In this document: positions 1 through 58,825 of the stretch, piece after piece
Layout of the letters: each line of letters starts with the position of its first letter
Numbering within the stretch: the stretch's first letter is position 1
Assembly (NCBI GenBank): GCA_012295275.1
Contig: CM022669.1
Coordinates: 4,216,001 to 4,280,000, forward strand
From: Chrysomallon squamiferum
Taxonomy: Eukaryota > Animalia > Mollusca
Length of the DNA stretch: 64,000 nt
Direction: 5' to 3'
Notes under the pieces: generated by a model
Database searches by the model: none
Told to the model about the DNA's origin: nothing
The model's input: the letters and a program-made list of their open reading frames with translations, nothing else
Position numbers and translations under genes: made by a program

Positions 1-137
1 CGCAGATTACGCACTTGTGTTAAAATATCCTGATCCGGATGCCAGACTTGAAACGTGTATTTACATCCAGTTTCGTGAAACACGGCTGCATTCACTGGCC
101 AGTGTGCAGCGCACAGAATCAACAGGGTCAGCAACAT
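1..137 (-). CDS. 5' coding exon (cut by the window edge) of a secreted protein, possibly angiopoietin/fibrinogen-related or olfactomedin-like
   Basis: ATG at 137 with an in-frame stop upstream (216-218). Reads MLLTLLILCAAHWPVNA-AVFHETGCKYTFQVWHPDQDILTQVRNL with no stop to base 1: hydrophobic signal peptide, VNA cleavage site, then a CxYTF motif. Family assignment is inference. Confidence 0.6.
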   Translation of the reverse strand, partial: MLLTLLILCAAHWPVNAAVFHETGCKYTFQVWHPDQDILTQVRNL

Positions 138-1898
138 TATGAAAGAAAAGCCAAGCTCCGAAAAAAAGAAACCAGCCAAACAGCTGAAAAGCCTTGAAAA
201 ACCGGCAGAAGTGTTTTACTAAAACAAATTGAACTTTTCTGTCTTAATGTGCCGTTTACAACAGCTTTGAGAAATCTTCCGATGAATTAACCTGTTCCTG
301 AGGACGTAAATTAAATTGTTGATGTGTAATCGAACATGAGCGCGAATCTAATAAAGAAGAATACGAAAGGTGATCATTCCCCCGGGATGTTTGCACACCG
401 CAGAAAGCAGTAGTCTCTCGACAAAAGCCGAGTGCTAATCGGAAATATGGTTAATTTCTACAAACGAAATGTCTCTCGAGCGTAGATTGTAAAGAGTGAT
501 TTTATCAATAATAGAAGTGATTCAAAGAATATCAATAGTAAAGTATCGACAGCACGCGATTGTCTGCATTCGTGCCATCAATGACGGGTCAAAACACGAA
601 ATAACCAACCGATTTTTGAAGCTCGCTTGAAACGGGCTGCGTTCTAAAAAACGCCGTTCGATGTCTGGCTTTAACTGTGCTATTTATTTCTCCTTTTTTT
701 GTTCTTTTTCTTTCTTTAGGTTTTTATTTAACTTTTTATTTTATTTTATTTTTAATTTTATTTTGTATTATTATTATTATTAAATGTGTTTTTTTATTTA
801 TTTTTTTTTTTTTTTTTTTTTATAGATTGTTTTGTTTCGTTTTTCTTTTTTAACTTTTTTTTTTTTTTGATTTTTTTTTTGAGAATCATCTCAATCAAAT
901 TAAAATAAACAGGAACTCCACAGCCAAAATAAATTGATATTATACAATATAATACGTATTATTAGTTCAAATGGTATTATAGAATAACTGTCGATGCAGT
1001 AACGATTTCCTTTCCTTCTCATAAACAAATATTGTATTTCGTTTTAAATATAAAATCTCGGAGTATTAAGTTTTAATATTATTTAATTATACGTACGTAT
1101 GTTATTTAGTTAACATTAAAAAATCAAGATAATTTTGTTTTCAAGTTTCGTTTCTATGAAAATTAACTTACATTTAAGTGAGTCTAACAATAGTTTAATC
1201 CAAATTTCAGCAAGTATTTATTTAATACTATCTAAAAGTTGATTAAATATTGTGCACATTTGATTTAAAGTTTGAGAACGACTCATTAATAATAAAAAGT
1301 AACTTTATAATTTCAAACACTTATGTTGAAAAATGTCACTTTTAAAGTAAAATAATGAACTTAAACTACTTACATTTGTTTTATTTGTCAAAAGCTGTTT
1401 GTATATATATATATATGTGTGTGTGTATATGCCTGTATATTAATTATTTCTTGCATAAAAACTCATTTTAAAAACAATCAAAATATTTAATTTAAAACAA
1501 TAATGCAGACACAAAAACAAATACAAATATATGCACGGTTGAAAAATAAATACAACTGTAATGTTATTAATGTCATAAAAAATTATATTTATTTGTTGAG
1601 GATTTATTTATCAAGATGGTCGCTTGAAAAACGAGCTACTAGTCACTGTCATGTGAAGGATGACAACATTTGGTAAACCATTGATCTTATCTTTCTAGAT
1701 CATCAGAGACATCACCAAGTTATTGACATGATAATGATTCAGACTGTCAGGAAGAGCGTTATCATGTTCAGTTAAAATTTCATGTGTTAGATTAATAATC
1801 ACGTGTACTTTTACACCTGAGTGAAAGTGTATTGACCACCCTTTCTCAAAACAAACAAACAAAAAAATTAGATTTTATAAGGAAATCCATCTTTGTTA

Positions 1899-2190
1899 CG
1901 GTACAAGACCAATAATCCAGGGTCCTGAAATCTGGAAAGACCAGACACTATTTTCATAGTTAGCGCGCGCAGGTGTTGTCATTACCAGGTTGCAACTACT
2001 CTTTCAAGCCGCGTGGCGTTCATTCACTCGCCACAGCTGTGTATCGACAATTTTCTTCATGTTTTTAATTTGAAAATGTTTATGCCTAATTTTTTACGTA
2101 TTTAGATGCCTTGGTACCAGAAAACCGGAAAATCCAGAAATCCGGAATGCCTCAGGCCCCAAGGAGTCCGGATAATTGGTCCGGTATCTG
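1899..2190. mobile_element. Tc1/mariner(pogo)-type MITE
   Basis: Imperfect terminal inverted repeats (cggtacaagaccaataatccagggtcc vs reverse complement of ggagtccggataattggtccggtatctg) flanked by TA on both sides; internal aaatccgga subrepeats. Confidence 0.55.
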
Positions 2191-2955
2191 TAGTAACTGT
2201 TTTTAATAGAAATTATCTAAACTGAAGTATAATAAAGATATTTGATATACACAAATAGCTCCATCTTACATCTATTTCTGCAGCTTCGCAAATAGCACAT
2301 AGTTATTGATAGTCTGGGGTTAAAAACAGCGTTATACGAAGAACGACAAAAGATAATAATCTGAAGAAACAGCGAGTTATCGTTCTTTTACTGGGTAGAC
2401 TATTATTATTATTATTATTATTATTTTATTTTTTTTTAAATTTTGTTCATAAAAGAAATGATTTTGGGGGAAAACAAATTTCGTGGATTATTTGTTTCTA
2501 TTCATTTTAATTAAATATTGCTTTGCTATAACATTATGTCTTCAACGGGAAATAACTGCTAGAAAAAACATTAACAAACAAATCAACACGTTATTAATGT
2601 CTTGTTATTTTATTGTACAATATATACAGTACAATATTAATTTTCTTTTTCACCTACGAATCACTGTCTTACATACATAAGTTAGTCAAAAAATCATTTC
2701 TAACATACATGAAACATTGCCTTATATTCGCTTTATTGAAATGTTAGAACAAGATATTTAAACGAAATTATGCAAATACATATCACATTTTTATATTTGT
2801 ATATTATTACGCATATAACAAAATCAACGTCTGTATTTTCTGTTGTAAAAATAAAAATATTTAACAAGGAATTAGTTAACAGGATATTTACAAAATACAT
2901 ATCGAATACGAGCAGAGCGTGTGTAGCAAATATGTTTTCACGTATATATTAAACC

Positions 2956-3068
<113 letters not shown>

Positions 3069-3997
3069 ACTACCTCTCACCCTCCTTTTCTCATTCCTTC
3101 TCCTCCTCTTCCCGTTCTCTCTCATTCTATCTCCATCCCGCATGCATTCATTCATCTTTGCTCGTATCTCTGTCTGTGATATGTGTGTCTGTGCGCGTAG
3201 GCATGTATATCAGTAATACAACTACATGTTCATTCTTATGCGAGCAAGTACTAAAATTTAACAAACAACATTTGAGCAAAATTAAAATGTTTACCTGTTC
3301 TACACAGATAAACTAACGATTATTTTTGACTAGTTAAGGCAACAGTAGAAGTGGAAACTTAAATAATCCACTGTAAACAATAAGAACTCCACTGTTAGAA
3401 AGGAAAGGCTGATAACCAGAGTCGCATAATTGCTAAGAAAGTAATTTGGATAATTGAGTGATAGATGCTGATAAGATTCATCAGCGTATAAATGATCTAA
3501 CTTGTATCAAACACGCTGAACTGTATCGTTAAATAATTTTGTTTTACTATTAATTTATATATTACGAATGAATATATTAGTGTATATATTTGTGTTTATG
3601 TAGAGAAGGAGGTATATATGTATGTATGCATTAATAATTTCTACATCTATTATCTCATAAAATATTTTCTGTAGGTTAAATTTTGCTGGTACCGAGCCTT
3701 TCAGATAATAAAACATTATGCTTCTGAATACCTATGTATGTCCCATTAGTTAACTGTGTGTTAATAAAGAGAACAGAGAGAATAAGGAACTTGGTTGTGA
3801 ATGTCAAGAAAACATGTTTAGAATAACGAATAATAAACAAAATAATAACATCAATAAAGTGTTTAATAGTAAAATATCGTACTGTATTCAATGCGTGTCT
3901 ATAAAGAAAAATATTAGTAAAAGAATCCCATTTGAAAAAATAAAAACGAGAGATTGTTTCTTTTCTTTTATATACATTTATATATATATATGCTTTC

Positions 3998-4039
<42 letters not shown>

Positions 4040-4392
4040 CATACATACATACATACACATGAAAAAGGCCACATTCGCAAACACGAATACATACGTGTTG
4101 TTTCATCTTCTTACACACCCACACAAACACACACACACACATACATACACACACACATACACATACACATACAGACATACATATATATATACACACACAT
4201 ATTTTCCATCTCCTTATTATACATTTAATTAAAAATATTTCTTTCCCTGAGATCCTGACCCTCTTCACATAACTATTTACATCACAACAATAAACTGAGT
4301 CTGCCAGTAACAAGCCATTATTCCTACACTGTGGTATACGTCTGGTTAGTCCTGTAATTACACCGTGTCGTCCTAGCAAATGTCTCAGCAAC

Positions 4393-4475
4393 TTGTTCTC
4401 GTTTCAGTACATCTACGAACAACGTGTTGTCGTTTCAGTACATCTACGAACAACGTGTTGTGGTTTCAAGACATC
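4393..4475. repeat. 31-bp tandem repeat, about 2.5 copies, in the probable Trk 3' UTR
   Basis: gtttcagtacatctacgaacaacgtgttgt starts at 4401 and again at 4432. Confidence 0.85.
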
Positions 4476-4644
4476 AATGAGCGCATACATTAGACGTGGC
4501 AAATATCTTAAAGGCTTGCTTTCTTAATAAAGTTATAGCAGTAACAATAAAAAATATAGAATTTTAGCAAGCAGTCAGATATCCAGTTGTTAATTTGCAA
4601 TCCTGAAATAGTTAACAGTCAGAAGATATCGTAATGTTAAACTG

Positions 4645-4975
4645 TCATATCGAAATATGTAAGATAACAGTAACAACAGATGTCTCGGTATTAAGCTTTC
4701 ATTATAAGAATACGTAAGACATTTTTATCACCAGATGTTACAGTATTACGCTTTGATACGAAAATAGGTAAAATGATGGAAATATCATGTATCCTCATCT
4801 TACTGTATGCTATCAAAATACGTAAGATGACGCCAACAAAGGAATGTTTATGACACGCAAATACGTAAGATAAATGTGACATTACGTATCCCACTGTTAC
4901 GCGTGATATCAAAATACGTCAGACGATAGACTCTGATTACTCTGTGATACCAAGATGACGTAAATGAGAAAGACA
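4645..4975. repeat. Degenerate ~50-bp tandem repeat just after the Trk stop codon
   Basis: Core (tatc)aaaatacgtaagat recurs at about 4653, 4708, 4761, 4816, 4859 and 4912. Confidence 0.65.
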
Positions 4976-4981
4976 CGGTCA

Positions 4982-48987
<44,006 letters not shown>

Positions 48988-50711
48988 GGAGTTCAAGAAA
49001 TACAATACTTCACGACTGTTTAATATATCCTTATGATTTTATATTCCTTCCCTTTTGTGGTTTAATTAACTGATTAAAACTGTTTCGATAAGCGATTAAA
49101 GTTAATCCACAAGACTGTACCTTTTAAGTTATGTAACGTAAGTGGGTTATTAATTATAATATATATCTTTTACATTTTCTTTGTGTGCATCTTATTGTTT
49201 GCCAGCTAGCTGCTAAACAAAGTTTAAAAATATTATAGTATTTGTATGAAAAGTCTCTTTTCGATTCGAGAACTAGTGATATTCGACGCAGATGTATGTA
49301 AACAAAGCCTGTATCTGGAGCGCGCGGTTGTGTTGTTGAAAGTTTTAAGATAGGTGTTTGATCAATCAACACGTTCCGAGCACAATGACTGAAATTCCGG
49401 ACTGTGGCAACTGTTATAGCGGATTCTGCGACACAACGCTGAAATATCGATCTCTCGTTTAGCAGTCGAAGTCGCAGGCATTGGCAGAGTGAAATGAAAT
49501 GAATGTATGTTGGTCACGGTTTCTTCGGACGCGCCATTAGCCGTCAAGACGTTCATAACTTAAACGACGCCTGAATAAATTAAAAAGCAATTCCCAACAC
49601 ATGTGTGAATTTTTATTCACCGTTAACTGAATTCCGAAAGAAGAAACATAGAGTGTGTATGAACTCGATTCGGTTCACGGTTTTGACTCAAGTTTAGCAA
49701 GTTACTGGTAGTGTGTGTGTGTACATTTGTGAGTGTGTGTGTGCATGTGTGAGTGCGTGTGAGTGTCTGTGAGTGTCTGTATATTGCATTTGGAATAATT
49801 ACAATTTTCGATGATTGAAATGTATGTCTTGTTGAATCAATTTAAATAAAATGACCTGTATAATCTTAAATAAAAATTATTTCTCTGTCCTTTATAAACA
49901 GTTTAACATTAACTGCTAAATGATATACAGTTCCAATAACAGAAATATTCTGCCACTGTACTATTTCTAAAACGAAGATTGTACTTGTATGATTTTTTAA
50001 ATTACATGAATTTTAATCAATCATTTACGACATACTGAAATAAACACTGTTTCTTTCAAACTGACATTTTGTTAAGGTACACAGTGTATTTTAACGTATT
50101 CTCCGAAGAAATATAAAAGTGAGCGAAAGAAAGGTAATAAAATAAAAAAATGAAAGCTCCACTATGATTTCATATTACGACAAGATCATCTTCTATAACA
50201 TATTTATTTACACGAATTTCATAATAGAAATACAAAAGGTTTCTTATTATAATAAATTAAATTCGCATATACACACTTTAAGAACGAGAATGCCAAACTA
50301 CTGGGCTCGCATATAAACATAAACAAACGTTACACATAAACTGGTTCTAGTAAACCTTACGAAGGTTATGTCTTAATAATTTCTATCTCGTGTATTGATT
50401 CTAGATCCAGCTCAGTATGACTTGAAGCACATGTTGCCGGTGAGAACTTTTCATAAACTTTCTTATTTCATTGTGTGTCGCGGTTATGAGTTTTCGATTG
50501 TCACAAAGACGGCGGCTGTCAGGCGATAGGTCATTACCGACTTATTGACTGCGCGAAACAATTCACTGACCCTGCCTTGTACGTGCACTTGCGTGCGTAT
50601 GCTTTTCCCAGTCTGCTTGTTTGCGCATGTGCGTGCATGAGAGAGCATGTGTTGTTATCGTTGTTGTTGTTGTTTTTGTTGTCGTTTTAATTTATTTATT
50701 ATTTTTTTTTT

Positions 50712-50760
<49 letters not shown>

Positions 50761-51259
50761 TTAATTTATTATTAGTATTTTTTTGTTTTTATAATTAGTT
50801 TTATTTTTTTTTTGTTTTTTTGCTGTTTCCTTGTTTTTCTTTCTTATATATTTTCCCTTTTTTTTTTTTTTTTTTTTTGTATGTTATGTATTTTTCTTTC
50901 TATTTACATGTGATTTTTTTGTAAAATATCTGTGTTTTCTGTGCTTTTACATATAATCATTGTACCCATAAATGTTTAAAATTCTTTAAAATATATAACA
51001 CTAAACTACATTTAATTCTATGATACACTGCACTACACCTTTTAATAATAGTATAGTAGTAGTACTAACAGAATAGTAGCTATAGTAGCAGCAGTAGCAA
51101 TAGTAGTAATAGTAGTAGTAGCAGAAGTAGTAACATCAGTAGTAGTAATACTAGTAGTAGTAGCAGTAGTATTAGCGGTAGATGTAGTAGTAGTAGTAAA
51201 ATTGAGTTTATTGCTATAACTGTTACTACTACTACTATTACTACTACTACTACTACTAC

Positions 51260-51302
<43 letters not shown>

Positions 51303-51332
51303 CTTTCGTCATTAAGAAATTGATATGATATA

Positions 51333-51525
51333 AATGTCGTTAACAGGTAGTGCTAAGCTTAGGCTATAATTAAACTGATATTAGAACAAGGAATGATGAT
51401 TCTGCAAAAATAATGGACTGAAGGAAAGATAAATATATTAATGAACAGAAGAACGATTGGATTATTGGATGGAGTTCTGATTTATTTAATCTTACATTTT
51501 GAATAATTATACGAGAATATTTTAT
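51333..51525 (+). repeat. Third, diverged partial copy of the outer inverted-repeat arm
   Basis: Shares atggactgaaggaaagataaata with ~53782, and matches the reverse complement of the 61030-61085 segment. Confidence 0.7.
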
Positions 51526-53179
51526 CACAGCTGTTTAAAGACTTTCAAGTGGGTGATAGTGGGAGGGAGTTTGAAGAAACAGTTACCAGTCTCTCTGAAA
51601 CGTCGTATCGTTAATGTTACGTCTTTCATGCACGACTCGAACTGCCGGGGTTTGGACTCGAGCTCGTAGTACGCTAGTCAACGATTGTTCAGATAAACAT
51701 GCAAGCGAGTGGAATTATAGGTAAAAGAAGAACAAGGTTATCGTTTGAGGCGCATTAACAAAAACACTGCTGTGGTCTAAAACAGTGTGTGTTTCACTGG
51801 TACTGAACAAATCATAACATGAGACACGATACGGAATCAGATTATAAAACATCAGTGTGATTATTTCTTTAAACTGTGGGATGAAAAAATCTTAATGCTT
51901 CTTAATCTCTTGCAGTCTATCTCTTTTTTCTCCCTCCTTCCCTCTCTTCTTAACTCGCTCGTTTTTTTTCGTTGTCTCCCACTCTGTATAAATTTCTGTC
52001 TCTCTCTCTCTCTCTCTCTCTCCCCTTTCTCCCTCTGTCTTTCTCTCTATATATCTCCGTCATCTCACTTTTTATATCTCTCTCAGTAAATACACAGCAA
52101 ATCTCAACAACCATAACAACACCAATTACAATACTAATAATACTAATACTAATAATAAATTAATTGTTTTAAAAATAAATAAATAAGCTCTCCGTGTTTG
52201 GACATAATTATTAAATTTTTTTACAGGTAGGGCTTTGTTTTCATATATTTTTATCGATTGATTGATTGTTTATTTTTCATTAAAATGTTGGATAATGAAT
52301 TTATTAACAAATAATGTTTTTTTTTTTTTTGTGTTTGTTTTGTTTTGCAGATTAGTTGAAGTAAATAGTTTCACCTGTAAATGTTACAGTTCTGTTATTA
52401 CAAAGGGTATTAATCCGTTCACAACAAAACAGCAGACACATAAACATACACACAACGCACATACATACGTACACTCATACACACACAGTGCAGACATACG
52501 TAGACACAAACAAACATACAGTTTCACAAACATCTCCATAAATATACAAGTATATACATACATATATCCCATCTACATACATACATATACTCATACAGAG
52601 ATACATACACGAGAATATACATACATAAATACACATATACGTAATACAAACATGCATATATACATACATGTATAAATATATACATTTCTGTGTTTCTGTA
52701 AATAAATGTGTGTATTTGTATATATATATGAATGTATGTATGTATGTGTATGTATGTATGTATGTATGTATGTATGTATGTATGTATGTATGTATTTAAA
52801 TATGTATGTATGTATGTATGTATGTATGTGTGTATGTATGTTTTCTGTTTGCATCTGAAACACAGAGGTTAAAAAACTGTGATATATGTGTATCCGACCT
52901 CTCCTGTCTTACCGGTCAGAGTTAACTAAATACAGTGATTTCACCAGTGACGTATTTCATGTGTCGAGCACCGCGGAAAACACATAGTTAGAGGCGTGTT
53001 TCAGCGCAAAAAGCGCCTAATTGTGACAAAATGAACTTCCATTCTGCTTCAGTCCCACAGCCGTTAGAATTAATACTTTTTACATGCATACACCATTTGA
53101 GAAAGATGTGAAGTACGGTTCGTGTTTACTGTTTCATTTCCTTCTTGTTCGTTATTATTATTATTATTATTAGTGGTAA

Positions 53180-53223
<44 letters not shown>

Positions 53224-53439
53224 TCATCGTCGTCATCATCATCATCAACTACAGCGTATTTCTGATTTTTTTTATATTATTTATATTTTACTTAATTATG
53301 TTTTGTCAAGATATTTAAATATTATTTGTTTAGTAGCCTGGTATTTATTAAAAAAATGTAATTTTAATAATATAAATTATAATATTTTAACTGTACAAAA
53401 ACAGACACCCCAGCCCACCCACCCATCCCACACTCACAT

Positions 53440-53549
<110 letters not shown>

Positions 53550-53603
53550 AGAAAGAACTAAAAGGGACAAACCGTTTAAAACATTAAACTAATAATAAAT
53601 AAA

Positions 53604-53656
53604 AAAAAATCAAAGAACTAAAAAGGGACAAACAGCGTTTATAACATCAAATTGTC

Positions 53657-53701
<45 letters not shown>

Positions 53702-54136
53702 GCAACAAAACAAAAACAACAATAATAGAATGTTATAGGTTAGATGAAAATCTAACTGATATTAAAAGGAATTATAGGAATTATGGACTGAAGGAAAGAT
53801 AAATACATCAGTAAGACAGAAGAATGGATGGATTTCAGATTTATATAATCATACATTTTAATTAATTATACGACAATATTTTATAGGTTCATCTGACACC
53901 ATAGTTTTAACCCATACATTTTTAAGTCGTATTTAATACAGGGGACAGTATCAAAAGTTGTCTGATAAAAAATTATCTAATAACTGTACACAGGCGACAC
54001 GTTTAGAAATTTTAATTAAAATCACATCTTTGTTTGCGACGCGGAAATACCAGTGTAAGTAAAGGTAACATTTTCTTGTTGGTCAACGTAACGTCGACGA
54101 CGTCAGGAACAATGCACTGGTTCCCGTAGCTCGCGA
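53604..54136 (+). repeat. Outer inverted-repeat arm, left
   Basis: Reverse complement of 60611-61229, e.g. gtcgacgacgtcaggaacaatgcactggttccc / gggaaccagtgcattgttcctgacgtcgtcgac. Confidence 0.93.
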
Positions 54137-54574
54137 TGCGCCGCTGTTTGCACAAGCAAGTTGCTGCAAACAGTCGAAACGAAAACGTCTCGTTTTAGCA
54201 TCGTCTTTTTAAACAACAAACCCATTGAGCGTCAATACGTGTTTGTTTTCCACTGACTTCCTCGTTCATGTTCACTTCGTCATTAAACAGTGGAGTGATC
54301 AGAAAACACAATGGTTTTCCTAAAGCGGTTCATCTTTGTTGGCTTCCTTGTGTCTTTTGATTCTTCTTCATTTTCTTTCATTTATCTTCTTTTTTTTTTT
54401 TTTTTTTGCTTCTCTATCTCCCGGTGAATATATATTTTTTTATTTTCCAAGGTTAAACTGAAACTGTTTACAATTCATGCATGAGATGTACGTTCATTAA
54501 ATTGTAGCTGGTTAAGGAAATAGAGATTTAGATACGTTTGTGTCAACATACGATAAACGGTTACATTTGTATAT

Positions 54575-54719
54575 AAGTGCATGTTTTATAGCGCTTATAA
54601 ACATCTTAACGTGAGACATATCAAGCTTGTATCGACGACAGTTTTTCAAAGAGTCTAATGAACTGTAAAACTGTTTGCTAGAATTATTTATTATACTTTG
54701 TTCTTACGTTTGAATAGTA
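54575..54719 (+). repeat. Inner inverted-repeat arm, left
   Basis: Reverse complement of 59669-59813 (aagtgcatgttttatagcgcttataaa / tttataagcgctataaaacatgcactt). Confidence 0.9.
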
Positions 54720-55681
54720 TATATATATATATGATTATTCTATTTTAAAACAATGTCTAGACTTTAAATCGGACTTAATATGTTAAACATATTGAATGTT
54801 CTATTATAAAAAATAAATGTCACAAAGCAGATGCGTTAATCTCATAGAGAGAACAGACACCTTCAAAGAGATAACCCTACCGACAGACAGTCTGGGAATT
54901 ACGTACCACTGCTTTTCTTTTATACGAATAATAAGCGTATTCTGAGATACCACACGGCAAACAAGTGGCTTTGATATCATCCTACAAACAATTCCCACAA
55001 ATTATGGCAACACCCACGCACCTATCAGTCGCCCCCACATTTTGCCACATTCCACGAATATATGAGTTTCCTTTTTACCTTGGGCTATTTCATTACAGGA
55101 TATAATTATCTTTTACGAAAAAAAAAAAAGATTATGAATAAAAGATAGAAAATCCCTGTTGTACACGTCGAATTGCATCTGTTTCTGATATCTGGCCTTC
55201 TTCACTGTACTTGGCTTTGTTTGTGGATGCCAAAAGTGAGGAAGATCGCGGAAGTGGTAACTCGGTTGATATCGATGTTGGAAGTTGATGTATTATTGTG
55301 GGCCAGTGTTACGGTTATTTCCGCACTCGGCCCGTTTAAGATCACTTCACACAGATAATAGTAGATTAAATGTGATTTGTAGATGTAACGGTGATGACGA
55401 TGATGATGATAATATTATTACTAAAAATGATGATGATGATGATGATGATAATTATAAGAAGTCGAAGTAGGGACAAAACCCACAGTGAAAATATTATTAA
55501 TACTAATAGAGTTCCTGCTGCTGCTTCTACTACGGCTACTATTACTACTACTACTACTGCTACTACTACTAATAATAATAATAATAACAAAAACAACAAC
55601 AACAATAAAGATTATATATTCTACTTATATTTGACATCTACTAATCAATTCGTCTTGTCTTGTCACATTATATTATTATAT

Positions 55682-55797
<116 letters not shown>

Positions 55798-56626
55798 CTC
55801 TCACTGGAAACTGTAGCTGCGGATTTCCTGCATAACATTCGCGTTATGCAAAAAACTGCATTGTTTCTTTCTTGTTATTTTTACGTAACTTATCTTCTTA
55901 GCATACTTTAAACATTTTCTCTAATATGCACTGCGATAACTGCGGAGAAAAGACGGTTATATTTTAGGAAAAGCGGAACAGCCAAAAAAAAAAAAAAAGA
56001 TTTCCCTGTGTCTTTTGTTTCAGACTGTTTATAATTAAGCAATATATGAGTAAAAGTCACATACGGCATTCTCGGGCCCGTCTGCCGGCGAGATGTTTCA
56101 AATAGGGGATTGCGAAGAGCAAATAACTCTGTTGACTTGTCTTGATTTGTGACACGCGTTGGTAAACGGAAGTACACATCATGGTAAACATCGCACATTC
56201 CCGTAACGTATTTCAGACGCTTCTCCTAAAATACCGTTTCATTTAGACTTGAAATTTAATTAACGAAGCAAGCCGGCTGTTCAGATCTCCCCACTTCAGT
56301 TACGAGGATCCAGTGTAGAATATTTCTACCAAAGCTTATTTTTGTTTGTAATCTGGAAATGGTGATTTCAGTGTGGAAGGTTTGCAATTAAACGATCTTC
56401 AGGACCATGTCACTTTCTTGACTGTTGTTTTTTAAATCATCTTATTTGACTTGTAATCCAAGTATGGTGAAAACAAGAGTTTCACATCGACATTGGAATA
56501 TATCTACATAATAATTTTTAAAAAAAAGAAGAAAAAAAGAAGAAGAAATAACTCCATTATATCGACATTGTAAAATATTACTCATCTGTCTTTTGTGTCT
56601 AGCTACTTATTAATTTTTAAGGCATA

Positions 56627-57056
56627 ATGATGCTCGAAAACCGAGCCATCCGCTTTATATGTTTTGTTGTAATCTTTAGTTGTACTGTTTCACAAGTGAA
56701 AGCCGTCCTGGAGAACAATATTTTTGAACTGACGGAAAAGCATCCGACATTTTGCGACGTTGACGAGGATGGGGACAACATCTGGCTACGTCATCCGGCA
56801 AACTGCTCGCGTTATTTCGCTTGTTCGGACGGGCAAGTCAAAGAAATGCCACCGTGTTCTGAGGGATTTGTGTTTTCTGCAAAACTGGGAGTATGTGTTC
56901 ACGCTAACTCCAAACATGACGACTGCAGAGAAGTCATGTACAGCATTGCCCAAACCATTGGCGAGAACGACAATCCAACGTTGCTATGGCACCCACGATA
57001 TTCTGAAGATCCATCTGTTGCCAACGGAAACGAGCCTACTTCCGTGCTAAGCGAAG
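56627..57056 (+). CDS. Secreted chitin-binding type-2 (CBM14/peritrophin-A) domain protein, coding exon 1
   Basis: Signal peptide (…SQVKA), six-Cys domain C-...HPANCSRYFAC...C.EGFVFS...C...C; ends at G|gtaaga (430 nt, phase 1). Confidence 0.88.
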
Positions 57057-57160
57057 GTAAGATTATCGACCATTTTAATCACAATGAATTGAAATTTATT
57101 TTGTCGTCACTACGGAAACAATTTTACCAAAGATACATTAATTTCATATTTAAGAAAATA

Positions 57161-57295
57161 CAGTTTGGCCTGTCTATGAAGATCTCTGAAAGTCCAGGCA
57201 AAACTGGTGGAAATCATACAGAGTTAAAAAATTCAAGGTGGTCGTAATAAGCAGATGTCTCCTTAGAGTGGTGGCCTTAAAAGAAGATGTTACTG
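57161..57295. mobile_element. Short degenerate Tc1/mariner-type MITE
   Basis: ta-cagtttggcctgtctat ... ggtggccttaaaagaagatgttactg: CAGT/ACTG ends and ggtggYc subrepeats. Confidence 0.4.
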
Positions 57296-57849
57296 TTATT
57301 GATAATTATTGTATTTTATATCTGATAAAATTAAACTTTATAGACTACAGTTAACTGGTGACTGATATATGTTTCCTTTTGGTTATATTTGTTCTTGTTT
57401 ATTTTTTATTTATATTAATATTAATATTAAAAAGGTATTATATTTTAATAGAAAGTTTAAATCAGCTGAGTTTTGGGTTTTTTTTTTTTTTTTTTTTTTT
57501 TTTTCCTAAACTTATGTCCAGTGTAATATCTGAAACCAAACAACGTTTCATATCTTATCCGAGAAAAAAAGAACGTTAGCTTCATCACTTCAATGAAAAT
57601 AGCGAAGAAAAGGTTTCTTTACCATTTTGCTGCTGGAGTAAATAAAAGTCGTTGTCAAACATTTTGACAGGGACTGGCGTTCTTTCACAGTGACTGAAAT
57701 CTTAGCTTACAAAAATAATCTCCAGCAAAGGATTTCAGATGTGTTTACGTTAAATACCACTGTCATAATGAATGAAAAATGTGAAAGCAATTCTAACAGT
57801 TGCCTGTTTTATTTATCTTGGTCTATCTATCTATTTCTCTCTCTATCTG

Positions 57850-57967
<118 letters not shown>

Positions 57968-58770
57968 TATACATCTATATCTCTCTCTGTCTATCTATCA
58001 GTCTGTCTATTTATCTATCTATATATCTATAATTCAGTATATCTGTCTATGTATCTATATATCTGTTTATTTATTATCACTTTTATTGCTGCTGCTGCTA
58101 ACTATTATTTATTTTATTTTATTTTATATATTAATACTGAAAGATGCATCTGTCATTTTCATACAGTACAATCGCAGATGTTTACAGGATATTTCGTTCC
58201 GTGCTTTCTTTGATAAACTGTTTGACTTACATGTCTTCCACCTGCGTTTTCAACTAACTGACCTCACAGTTAGGAACGACAAACAAAATCAGATGCGCCA
58301 TCTGTCGAATGAACTGAACTTCCGGCCAAAAGAACTTCACTGTTATGGAGGTTTTGTAAAGAAAGAGTTTCTCATTATTTAGATTTGTAGATTTTGGCCA
58401 CTGTACTTAGAATGTGTTTAATACGTTTTAATTAACAGACATTTTGAAATAATAATTATCAGTATTCAGACAGTTCGTATGTCCTTTTTCTCTGCAGTTT
58501 GGTGGTGTTTTAGGTTCAAATTCAGAAATATTGTGTAATAAAAGATATGTCGGGTGCTGAAAAATACTGATGAATTAATTCACATTTTGAATGCCCAGTT
58601 AGCAAAATGTTTTGTAAAACCAGAAAACCATCAATGATTCGCATCTCTTTCTAGAATAATTTTCTTGTTGTTACTTTATTTTATTTTACTTTTACTTTTT
58701 CTTTTCTTTTCTTTTTTCTTTCCGTATTTATTTATTTATATATTTATTATTCAGTTTGTTTATTGTTTTT

Positions 58771-58825
<55 letters not shown>

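Noticed and set aside
49154-49556. ORFs upstream of Trk (extra exons or uORFs)
   Set aside because: No recognisable domain or splice support, and the TSS is unknown, so uORF status cannot be supported.
53391-53400. Mirror copy of the exon 2 acceptor (tttgtacag on the minus strand) outside the left arm
   Set aside because: It is followed by AT-rich non-coding sequence, with no trace of a mirrored CBD exon.
55829-55850. Hairpin tgcataac-N6-gttatgca (Helitron end or terminator)
   Set aside because: Only an 8-bp stem with no following CTRR end; expected by chance.
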